Shown: positions 13,481 through 25,200 of the stretch, in pieces
Numbering within the stretch: the first letter of the stretch is position 1
Layout of the letters: each line of letters opens with the position of its first letter
Origin: Ostrea edulis
Taxonomy: Eukaryota
Assembly: GCF_947568905.1 (NCBI RefSeq)
Contig: NC_079166.1
Location: 23,126,001 to 23,190,000, forward strand
Length of the DNA stretch: 64,000 nucleotides
Reading direction: 5' to 3'
Made by a program: the position numbers and the translations under genes
Notes under the pieces: generated by a model
Database searches by the model: none
The model's input: only the letters and a program-made list of their open reading frames with translations
Told to the model about the DNA's origin: nothing

Positions 13481-13990
13481 GAAAGGCGAAGATAACGAAC
13501 ATTGACCAATCTCTTAAATCCTATAAGCAATACAAAATAAAGAGATGGGCAAACACGGTTAACTAAATATGAATATATCCGTCTTCCATTTTTGTAGTTG
13601 CTTCAACTGTTTATGATGTAAAAAGGTCTAGTCTTTGATTTGCCTTGAGGAATGGTCATGTAAAGTGTTGAAAAGCCAGACGTTTTAATGTTGTTGATTG
13701 AAAAAAAAAGGTTCGTGTTTTTAAATTTGCAAAAAGTTATTTAGTATTTTTTAGAATCCACATTTGATTTACACCACCTCTGGCATATGTAGTCGCAGGG
13801 TATGTTTCAAGTTTCTCCTTCACATCTGTTAATACTTTCGTGAGGAGCAAAAATATGGATTTAGGGGAACATATCCTGGATTCAGCAATGTCTATTTGTT
13901 TGTAAGGGATTTTATGCAATTTAGGAATACAATATTGGTACGGAAACTCCTTCATCCGACCCATTGACTGGGATATTAAATAAGTCTAAA
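13481..13990 (-). mobile_element. Naiad-type PLE fragments (3' end at ~13481-13560; RT N-terminal part at ~13730-13990)
   Basis: Minus ORF reads IPKLHKIPYKQ...LLTKVLTDVKEKLETYPATTYARGGVNQMWILKN, homologous to 17725-17960. Confidence 0.75.
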
Positions 13991-14491
13991 ACTCAAGCAT
14001 GGTTATAAAAAAAATATCTTTTGAAAGGACAGTTGAAGTTCAAGTACGATTTCCAAAAGTGGAATTCATGCCAAGTGTATTTAAAATACCTAACAAACAA
14101 AAACAATGTTGTTACAAGCTATATCAGCTGGAACCATAACATGTTCCTCATGTAACCTATCTCATTCTTCTATCACTTCTGGTTTACTAAACACAGAGAT
14201 GTATATGGTACGTACTTGTGTTTTGATGTTTCTAATGCGGAACTTTAATATTCCACGTATACTTTAAATTCAGTATTACAATGTATATAATATACCAAGA
14301 CAAACAGTTGTGATAACTATACTTTGTTCAATCAAAAGACCCATACCCGAATAAAATTTCAACCTTAAAGATGCACTGTTGTTTACGTATAGCATAAATC
14401 TAGTTTTTATTTGTAACTCTTACATGACCATTCCTCACACGGTCTGTATCATGGCGAAATCTCTATTGATATACATTTATATATATAATAT

Positions 14492-14497
<6 letters not shown>

Positions 14498-14552
<55 letters not shown>

Positions 14553-14632
14553 ATGTATTGCCCAACTTTCTATTTTGTATTGATTATTTGATTATAGGTG
14601 TTATGAGATTAATCACTGTTATCTTCACCTCT
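14498..14632 (+). repeat. (TA)n microsatellite directly followed by a short Naiad-type 3'-end fragment
   Basis: The AT run at 14498-14550 abuts gcccaactttctattttgtattg...atcttcacct. Other AT runs at about 12988-13028, 14670-14690 and 39955-39985. Confidence 0.8.
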
Positions 14633-14691
14633 CACATTGTCAAAGACTGGAATTTACTATTCCCATTGTAATATATATATATATATATATT

Positions 14692-15160
14692 ATTACTACA
14701 GTAACTTGATCCGAAGAGTCGGATCACGTCGAGTTGACAGGCGTGGATCATCAGATCACACGAGACGCGAAGCGTCGAGTTTGATCTGATGATCCGCGCC
14801 TGTCAACGAGACGTGATCCAACTCTTCGGATCAAGTTACTGTAGTAATGATAAATTTATTATATACCCCTTCTGCCTTTTAAATCCACATTTATAAGATA
14901 CTAAATGCAATCCAAATTATCAAAAACACAGACATACCATGAAATTATGTTTTGTGTACGCAGTTTCGTTTGTGACACAGTCAATATTTTCCACAAATAA
15001 CGTTGCGTTGATGCATTGTGACGTCATTGTGATGGCATCAGTTTCAGAGGATACTGATACGGAATCAGAAAACCACAGTGTGGTGATCCGGAAAACCGGA
15101 TCACACGCTGTGAAATCCACAGTATCAAAGAACGATACATTGATGGGTATATAATAAATC
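14692..15160. mobile_element. Palindrome-headed non-autonomous DNA element (157-bp hairpin plus second inverted repeat)
   Basis: 77-bp near-perfect arms (14692-14848) closed by a gcGAAgc loop at 14769-14771. A second inverted pair, atttattatataccc / gggtatataataaat, lies at about 14854 and 15145. Confidence 0.7.
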
Positions 15161-16689
15161 ATAATATCATGACCTTTCAATGCTTTCATTTGTAATGGAA
15201 TGGAAAAACAAGGAGTTATATAATTGGTATTGTTTATTACAGACCCGTCTCCTCCTTTCTACAAGTAAAAATACTGGACTAACTTATTATAGTTGATTTT
15301 ATATGAATCAGTGATTATTGTAAATGATAACTTTTATGAGACGTGCGAGGTATTTGTTTCTCACTTTACCCTGACCTACTGTTTATGTCTGTGTGGTGTA
15401 ATGGCTATTTTTGATCTAATTTTACCCTTCTCCTTACTTGCTGTCTTTCATCCATTCAAATGTAACATATTCGTCACGTTGTCATTTCATGTTTGTTTAC
15501 TATGTACCAGAATCCAAGCTAGTTCAGAGCAGCGATATTTGTAGATAACGAATATACTTCCCTAATGTCATATGTTCTATCAATGTACACGTTTGATGTC
15601 TTTGTGTCATTTTCTACCAATGTACAGGTTTATTTCTATGTGTCACTTTCTATTAATGTACACGTTTTATTTCTATGCACATAAGGTTATCTGGGTACAT
15701 TTCGATGTTCACACAATCAGTCTTAAACCATGTGCTTTTGTCACGTCACAGTCGTTTATGTATGTAAAGCCGAGATCTTCAATACTACAATTGTGTTAAG
15801 TCGCTCTTCATGATTATAACATTTATAAGTAGGGTGTGTCACATAATATTCCGAAGTTAAACTGCAATTATCAAATGTATTTTGAAATACTTGGGATCTT
15901 TCCTGGGTTTCATATCCAGGAAATGTTCAACATATATGCACCCATGTTGAATGCATACATTTCTTATTGTCTGTTTAAGTTCAGATCATTTCATAGTCTT
16001 TTCGATTTTTATTATTAAGATTCGTTCAACATTGTCTACATTTAATGTGGTTGCCATGGATCAATTGGTATTCGTTTAATTTGATTCGCTGTATACCATA
16101 TCAGGAACTTAAAACTCTAAGATCTCTATGAATCCACAAGAAATCGAGTCGAGCAGTCAAGAATCAATTACATGTATGTTGAAGTTTCATTACACATGTA
16201 CTTGAATTGAGTATTAGCTCTTTAAAAGTTTTGGGCAATATCAAGTACATTTTGATCTAACTAAGCTTGTTTGCTAACAGTCAAATTGTTGAGTTTGTCA
16301 ATGCTCTGTGGATTTTTGCATCACACTAACGATTCGGCTGGTTATATTTATCAGTCAGTCGGTACATCTCTCTCAAATGGTTCTAATTTTATACTGAGTA
16401 TTAGTACTCCCCTTCTTATCTATTTATATCATTATTTATAATTTTATTTTCAGGAAGAGGGAAGAGAAAGATAAACAGATTGAGATAGAGAGATATAGAG
16501 ATTATCCAGAATATATATCAAAGGTTATTCATTCAGGAACAGTTGAATTGGTATACCGGTAACCCCGTAAAACGAATCACATACTTGCAAGAAAAATATT
16601 TGATCAAAGCAGCGACAATCCTTAATTTATATACTATAATGGCTTTCAACAGCTCACAGAAACATTTGTGCCTTCGGTTATAATCCTAA

Positions 16690-17445
16690 ATGGAGTAAAT
16701 ATCCTCTGTTGACCGCTCCTATCTGCGAGGGGCCCTATATCAGATAAAAGGAGTAATTTGTACTAAAACGTAGTATGACAACAATAACCAATGATTGGAC
16801 TAAAACACGTTAAAAGTACCCACATCATGTCAGGTGGTTTTTGCGAATAATATCATCATAACGACCATATGATTTACAAAATACTGACATTAGACGAGAT
16901 TTTTAAACCTCTGTAACATCATCTTATTTGCAATTATCTGCCCGGTTTTGAAATCTATGTTCTGATCATAACCCTCACTTTTTTATCAGTTGGTATAACT
17001 AAACACCATGTGCCAATGATAATGGATCATTTCATCATTTATCTTATTTAGACCGGAACATCTGCGTATGATCAGGTTTTAGATCGACACAGGCTATTCA
17101 CAAACAAGTTGAGGCCACAGAGGTTTCAATAGTATCGTTGATAGTCAGCATTTTGAAAATTCTATGGTCGTTAAAATGATCAATATTATCCATCAGTGGG
17201 TCAAATGTTGTCTGACATTTCTATCAGATTGTTAGGCCGTTCTCAACACACTGATTTTGAATAGCAATTATTCCGTTTACTTGATCAAGACATAGTGCTC
17301 GCGGCAGGTGTGACGGGTCAACAAGCGATGCGTACTTCTCCTAGACACCTGATGTGACCTCTACTATGTTTGTCCAACTCTTTATTCTGTATTCCTTATT
17401 GGATTTATGAAATTGATCACTGTTCGTCATCCTCATCTTTCATCA
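16690..17445. mobile_element. Head-to-head pair of degenerate Naiad-type fragments (minus ~16690-17000, plus ~17055-17445)
   Basis: Both match the RT-thumb/3' UTR consensus in opposite orientations. Boundaries are approximate. Confidence 0.65.
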
Positions 17446-17724
17446 AAGAAAAGTATATGTTTATTAGGAGTATTGGTGTCACAAATATGTAGTAGAAACA
17501 GGGATTTAAAAATGTCAAGTTTTAAAGATAGGATCACAACTTAAGTTGTATAAATACTAGTACCCAGTATGGTATTGCATTTGTGTCATTTTTACACCAT
17601 AAACTTGTTATTTGTAAGGTTTTTGTCATACTGGTCTCACAATTTTCATTTAAATTTCCGTGATTTAGATTAACGGCTTTCAAAAGACGAAATTCTTCAA
17701 AGCCATGCTTCAGTTTTAGACACA

Positions 17725-18828
17725 TTTCCTATCCCAGTCAATCGGTTGGATGAGTATGAGTTACCGTGCCTGTACTGAATCCCTAAACTTCATGCAAACC
17801 CTTTCAAACAAAGAAACATTGCTGGATCCAGTAATTTTTTTTTACTAAGCTCCTATCTTTGCTCCTCACAAAACTATTAAAAGCTTTGAAGGAGAAACTC
17901 CAAACGTAATATGGGACTCCATATGTCAGAAGTGGTGTAAATGAAATATAGATTCTAAATCACTATAAATAACTTTTAGTAAACTTGAAATCGCAGAATT
18001 TTTCTCAAATCAACACAGTGTATGCCTTTTCAACACTATACACAACCATTCCTCACGATAAATTAAAGACTAGATATTTTGACATCATAGACAGTTGCTT
18101 CCTCAACAAAAATGGAAAATGCAAGCATTCCTATCTGGTGATTAGCCATCCAAAAATTACTTTGTTAAACACCACTCTGATTCCACGCACAAGTACTTTA
18201 AAGTTGAAATGAAAAATATGCTGGATTTCCTCATTGACAATATCTTCATGGTCTTTGGTGATCAGGTATTCCAACATTCTGTTGGAATCCTCATGGGTAT
18301 ATATTGTGCTTCTTTGTTAACTGACCTGTTTTTATATTCCTATAAAGCAGATTGTATTTAAAAACTTATATGTAAAAAGAAATAATCTCTTGTTGTGGAC
18401 CTTCAATTTGACATTTAGATAAATCGACGACGTATTATCTATTAACAATAATAATTTTCATTCCTATGTCGAATCAATATAATTATCCCAGTGAACTCGA
18501 AATAAAAGACACCACAGAGTCGTCTTCTTCTACTTCATACTTAAATTTTTTATTGAAAGTAGACATTAACAGCAAACTAACAACCCATTATCATGACAAA
18601 CGGGATGATTTCAACTTCTCCATCGTCAACTTCCCATATCTATGTAGCAATATTTCATTATCACCTGCATATGGTGTTTATATATCTCACCTGATTCGAT
18701 ACGCACGATCTTGCTCTGCGTATGGTCAGTTTTTAAATCAAAGAAGGTTACTGACAAAAAAGTTGATGGTACAAGGGTTTCGACAGTCTCGTTCAAAGTC
18801 AGCATGTCGCAAATTCTATGGTCGTCAA
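17725..18828 (+). mobile_element. Degenerate Naiad-type PLE reverse transcriptase (stops and frameshifts)
   Basis: Reads YWIPKLH...FSTLYTTIPHDKLK...(long insertion)...LIDNIFMVFGDQVF...ELEIKDTTESSSSTSYL...YISHLIRYARSCS. Confidence 0.85.
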
Positions 18829-19269
18829 CTGGTTTCCGTGTTTTTTATGATAATTAAGACAGACTACAATAAATCATTTCAAAACAGCTTAGGGGCAGAT
18901 CCAGATTTTTTAAAAGTGGGGAGGTCCATGATTTATTTTGGTTTTCAAAGAGGTTCAAAAATGCGTTATTGTCACCCTGTTTTGCAAACTTTTCTCACGA
19001 AAATTGGGGAAGGGGGGTTCTGAACCCTCGACCCCCCTTATGGGTCCACCACCGTAGCACAGCAAAATTATGAAATATATTATCTGCAAGTTATTTCAAA
19101 ATCATCCGTGTAACGGTGGCTTAAATATCTTAATGTTGGTGTCTTAATGTTGGTGTCTTCTATCAAATTCCTTAAAAATTGCGAATTAAGATAGAACTGC
19201 AGAGACAAAACTATATTGTTCAATTTTCTCTACAGCTAACAGTATTTACAGAATGGATCGTGGATCATG

Positions 19270-19792
19270 GAAGATTTATAATGTAAAACTGATACGGTAC
19301 CAGTTTTGATGCACCAGATGCGCATTTCGACAAATAATGTATCTTGAAGCCGAAAGTTTGGAAATTCGAAATAACAATAAACTTGTAAGAGCTAAAAGGA
19401 AAACTAGAGTGCTAAAAAAGTGGAGCCAAATTCGTCAAAGGATCAGAGCTATGGATGAGGGAGATATAATCTTTAATTTTGAAACAAATTTCTAAATTGT
19501 ATCCCAGAAATTAAATATACATCCGTATTTTTAAGCTAGTAACGAAGTACTTAGCTACTGGGCTGTAGAGACCCTCGGGGACTAACAGTCCACCAGCAGA
19601 GGCCTCGACCCAGGGGCCGTAATGTAAAACTTATATGGTACCAATGTCGATGCACCAGATGCGCATTTGGACAAATAATGTCTCTTCAGTGATGCTCAAG
19701 CCGAAATTTTGGAAATTCGAAATGACAATACACTTGTTAGAGCTAACAGGAAAACTAGAGTGCCAAAAACTGGAGCCAAATTCGTCAAAGGT
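19270..19792 (-). repeat. About 1.5 tandem ~350-bp retrozyme-like units with minimal type I hammerhead cores
   Basis: The minus strand at 19695-19652 reads GCATCA-CTGAAGA-GACA-TTATT-TGTC-CAA-ATGCGCAT-C-TGGTGC (G12 mutated to C at 19669). The second copy, near 19311-19345, keeps GAAA but has lost the CUGA strand. Spacing is 341 bp. Confidence 0.75.
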
Positions 19793-20227
19793 AAGGTGAA
19801 GATAACGAACAGTGATCAATCTCATAACTCCTACAAGCAATACAAAATAGATAGTTGGGCAAACACGGACCCCTGTACACACCAGAGGTGGAATCATTTG
19901 CCTAGGAGGAGAAAGCATCCCCTGTTGACCGGTCACACCCGCCGTGAGCCCTATATCCTGATCAAGTAAGCGGAGTTATCCGCAGTTAAAATCAGAGTGC
20001 CAAGAACGGCTTGACAATCGGTATGAAACACGTCAGACAGCATTTGACCCAATGCGATGTTGTACTGACGAAGTAGATCGTTATAACGACTATAGAATTT
20101 GCGAAATACTGACTTCAATCGAGACTGTTGAAATCACTGTTCCATCAACTTGTTTGTCAGTAGCTTACCTTGATTTAAAAACTGACTATACGCAGAACAA
20201 GTTCTTGCATCTCGAATCAGTTGAGAT
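19793..20227 (-). mobile_element. Naiad-type PLE 3' end (RT thumb plus 3' UTR)
   Basis: Reverse complement is close to 10320-10763. It ends exactly where the hammerhead repeat begins. Confidence 0.9.
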
Positions 20228-22252
20228 CAGACTCATGAAAACCTTCTACCTTCACATTTACAGGAAAACGAAGCCATTCAGTAGACCTACGGTTACTGAA
20301 AGATAACTGAATGATATAGGTCTGCTATTCAGTAATTATTTCAGACCTTTCAGTTAACTTTCATTCAACTGAATGGTACCATTTTATGCGGTGATTCCAA
20401 TTTCATTAGAACTCGTTTGACGTCTAGATATTCTTTGTAGGGAAGTCTGCTTACAAGGATAACAACACAATTCATAAGATGGACATTTTATCTAAGAATA
20501 TCATACTATGTGTTGGTTTTTGTTTTGTTTTAAATATAAAACTAATCATTACCAAAACCTCTTACAAACGTCATGATTTACTATACACAGCGTAATAATT
20601 TTCCATCTTCCACAACTTGGAAAAATAATGTTTTAGACCTATTTTGCTTCAATACACAACCCATTACATTATAGTCAATATATTAGAATAACTCATGCTA
20701 TAGTACCGATGGTCTTTCTCTCTGAAATGTTTTAACAACCAATAAGCAGTACATAGAGAAGAGAATAAATGTCACACACACCATTCCTATCGTGCCGTGG
20801 AGTAGACCAGATCTTCTGTCGTTTTTAAATTTAGTCCTCCCTAACATCTCTTCATCACAGAGAACGTCTAAAATAGTTAATACAGAAAATGGCATCTTCA
20901 ATGTAAGATATTACAATAAAACGAACAATTAAATGAAAGATGGTCAATGAAACGTCATAGCTGTCATCAAAACACTGCTCAACGCTCGGTCATTCGCTAA
21001 AATATTATCACATCGCAATGTTTAAGGGATTTCAATTCGATCCATGGAAGAAAATAAGACGAGATAAACTAACGTGCACCGGACTACCAAAAAGAATTAA
21101 ACTTCAATAAAATTTGCTAAAGATAGACAGAAGGAACCATTTGCAAATCCACTGTAGTGAGTAAGCGAGAATAATAGCAAATATATACATTTGTACATCA
21201 TTATCAAAAAGTGGGGGTCAACCAATATACCCCACTCTGCATGTAAATTTGATGGACAATCAACGTTATCCAAAAGTAAGGGATAGCCTCCACTTTCCAA
21301 TTCTGCGTGACTATTAATTCTTTTTAAAAGATTGTGAAAAGTCAAGCCCTTGTGGAAAAAATTCTGTGCACTGGGAAATAAATGTGAGATGTTAACATCG
21401 CTTGTTTTTAATGCCAACAAGCTTTGAATGTGAAACAGCATGGCTACTCAAATAAGAATAAACTTCCAATTACTAAAAATTGTATATGTATAAAGTATGG
21501 GGTTGCAATATCAATTCTTGGAGTGTATAATACAGGGATCCGCCTGCAACATGATATGCACATAAATGCATGGTGTAATCAAGAATAACAATGTATTTGG
21601 TAAAATGAAAAGTTTGAAATTTAGAGTGTCTTATCAGAATTCAGCTTTATATCCGGCGGATAACGCTTGTGATATTTTGATCAGTATGATTAATGATCGA
21701 ATGAAAACAGATCAAGTACTTGCTGAATAGATTCTTTCCGAAATGATACCACATTCAAATTTTCTCTTCAGCCATATTATCTAGGGAAAACCACTTTCTG
21801 AACAGTCTATCCGCTCTGTCAACACCCAAAACATTACGTTGGTCCCCACATTTAATAATCATTTAATGAGGCCACCTTTCCTTTATCAACATATCAGTAT
21901 TTAATGGAGCTTTCATGAACCGTTTCGTTCACTGATTCTTTTTTCTTTTTTGCAATGGAAACCAATGTTAACTATTTTGAACTTAACGAAGCTTTAATGA
22001 ATCTTTAAAGATGCATATGCTCCAATTTTCATACTAATTTTATATAAAAATATTATTACTACGGTATTCTATGAATAAAAATACCTAAAAAACTCTATTA
22101 AACATGTATTCAAAAATCTATGGTTTTAAAGATATAAATGAAAATATTTTCAAAAGACAGTCTGTCTTTTTGAAACTCTGTCTCTCCGAAAGAAGCCGAA
22201 TGCTGACCACGTGACCGTCTTATTAGCATATCGCGCGATAAACAAATCAAAA

Positions 22253-25200
22253 ATGGCGGAAGACGAAGTAAGAGAAAAGAAAGCGAAAAAAAGAGGAGGG
22301 AGAGTAGCCACTCTGACAACATCAGAGAGAAAAAGAAGGAAGAAGGAGTACAACCAGAAACTGGCAGGAAGTAGAATTTACATTGGAGGAGCAATTGAGA
22401 AGTGGAAAAGTCTTCAACAACAGACGAAAACGAAGACGGACGAAGAAATGGCGACAATGTTGCTGGAACGGTAAAGAAATTATTGAGTCTTTCTCATACT
22501 TTTATATGTCTGTAAAATATGAAGTGGTGTAAAGGAAAAGTTTGCGGTATATTATATTATTATGTAGTCCTACCGTGTTTCATAACATGCGCGCTAAGCG
22601 AGAAAGGGGGACAAATGGCAAATTGCAATGTAAAATGTATCCCCGACCTCTTTGAAGTCAGCACTAAAAATTTGCTTTGAGTTGATGACCTTGATTTTCA
22701 ATACTCGGGGTGGGTTGGGGGGGGGGTCACCCGTCGTACACACACATTTTGAAAAACGACAAGTCTTGCGATGACTGAATGCTCAACAATCAGCTGATAA
22801 GATGTTGATGGTGATTATTCATGATACAGTAATAATTTTTCAGATTTGAAAATGAAGCAGCGTTTAAAGAACCCCAGAGCGTCCACACCTCTATGACCAT
22901 GAAAACTTCTACACCAGCAGCTTCTTCCATCATATCAAGATTAAAAAACAAAGAATATGACAGAACACCATCCATGTCAGAGATATCTGCTGATTCAGAA
23001 CAGTGAGTTTCTTCTTAAAGACCCATCTCATGACCGTACGGTCAGTGAAAATGTAGGCGGAGCCTAATCTAAACAGATGTTATTTACCTGGAGTGGCCAG
23101 GGTCTACTAAGGTGTTAATTGCTATATCCCATGGCACTCAAAGAAATACACAGAGGCAGAACATGGTAGAAATCACCTGTCCATGCTTTTTTATAGTTTT
23201 GATATACACAGGACCTGTCTCAGTGACCTCTGCAGAGTTTCTGTGGTCATGGTGTTTGAATAATGGTTGTATTCCTAAGGGTAGCTGACACACATTTTAC
23301 ACCCACCCCTCTTTCTCTCTCTCTGTCATTGACTCAATGAATAATTTCTGTTATAAATATAGAGGTATCATAAATTGATGACATAAATTATTTCAATAGG
23401 TTACAAGTTTTAAAACTTATTGTGCAAATTATTGTTTAATTTCTGATTGTGTAATTTATAATACATGTACAGGTATATAAAGGGGGGAAATTACAATTAT
23501 ATTGAAATTGCATTGTTCAGGGGCCTTTTTAAAAACAATTGAATTACAAGAAAACAGCAGTTGTGGACAGGTCATTTGCTATCAAAACTCAGGTATACTG
23601 GGCTTCCTCAAGATCTAAAGAATGCCTGTAGATACTGGCTGTTATTGTTATCAAAACACCTCTCTGGGGGTAGCCCCAGACCACAGTGTCTGCAGATGTC
23701 ACTCCACCTGAGATCTATTGTTAAATGTTTGATTGGCAGGCAGCTTACAATTTGGGGGTGTCAAATTAAAATTGGGTCTTTAAATTTTTATAAGATATTT
23801 GAATCTGCATTGTTCTGGTGATCACCATTTAGATACACAAGTATCTGAAATGTCCCATCAGACAGAGTTTGAATTCATTGTAATTTTTTATTTTCCTTCA
23901 CTGTTGTACATCTTCCATAGTGCCCAACTATTACATAAACAATGTAATGAAATTACCTCCTTTACTTTGAGGAATTAATTAATCAAATTAACAATTATAT
24001 TCAATGTTAGTAGTTTCAAAAATTTATTATAAAAAAAATATCATACAAGTAATTTGGCAATTAGATTTTATCCTGATGAGATTTTTTTACCTGGGTTTTG
24101 TAACTTTGGAGTGCAGTAAACAGTTTACAACACCTGTCATCCCTGACTTTGTTGTTTCAAATAAGTTTTGGGGTTTGGTATTGTTTTGTTCAGAGTACTG
24201 TTAATTGTCAGTGTGTCCCTAAATGAACAGATTGAATCAATCATTCCTCACTTGAGGGCATATGCTGCCCATCCAGGTAAGGTGACCCAAGTGTCCATGA
24301 GTAGTTATTTTAGCAATTAACAAATATGGACAGAGTATTTATTTGAGGACAATGATACACAAATAACAGATATGTGATATATCCTTTATAATACAGTGTA
24401 TGTATTTTAAATTCTTATACATACTGAGTAGTTTATTCCATTCATCCATAAGTTTTTGTAGAATAACAAACAAGGTAGATTGTAAATTATTCAAAAGTAA
24501 TTGAAATATAATTGGAATTATATGATATCTTTCAAAGTTATTAATTTTAAAAATTACGATTACCTGTAAATGAACAAATGCTCAATGAACATTTCTACCA
24601 ATACACAATTTCCGAGTTGCCCAATAGTTCTTTCCCTTTGTGGGTACAATTGCTTATCACTGCCTTCATAATTTGCCTAAAGGCCGATTATCAGACATTA
24701 TGCAACCACCCAAACTGCTGGGACACACACTATTAGTAAGTTTATTAGTATTTGATAATAAAATAGCTCAACAAAAATCGATAATAACCATTTTTCTTTG
24801 ATTAAAAATTGCTCGTGCAGAGGAGGAAATAAAAAAATGATTTCATGTTTAATTGATGACCTAATTCAAACAAATAGTGTTCTTGATATGGTCAGTTAAT
24901 GTATAACAACTGCTGATATAAACAAAATTTACACTTTCATTACTTTTATCCGTATTTACATAGCTACTCAGCACTGTCTATAGTGTATGTATACATCTTG
25001 TACCCACTCAAGCGTTCAACAGAACACTGAACGTACCTCCATCACAAAAGAGCTGATATCTCGGAAGTTGTGTATTACATTTACTGTTTTTTCAATGACC
25101 TCATTCTTAATCTTGGCATGGTTCAGATAAGCAAAATTTCTTTCATTGTAGAGAACCTATGTCAGGAGTGGAGGAATTGCAAGTTTCCGGTCCTGAAGAT

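Noticed and set aside
9899-18828. Selenocysteine (TGA) recoding in the Naiad-type RT
   Set aside because: The visible fragments show no conserved in-frame TGA at Cys positions. The stops look like random decay.
21097-21700. Minus-strand ORF and a nearby CNPILYTY (GPCR NPxxY-like) string
   Set aside because: It is surrounded by stops, with no seven-TM pattern or splice support.
24194-24277. Candidate extra transposase exon (VLLIVSVSLNEQIESIIPHLRAYAAHP)
   Set aside because: It is not needed for frame continuity and has no compositional similarity to flanking exons. It cannot be supported without RNA data.
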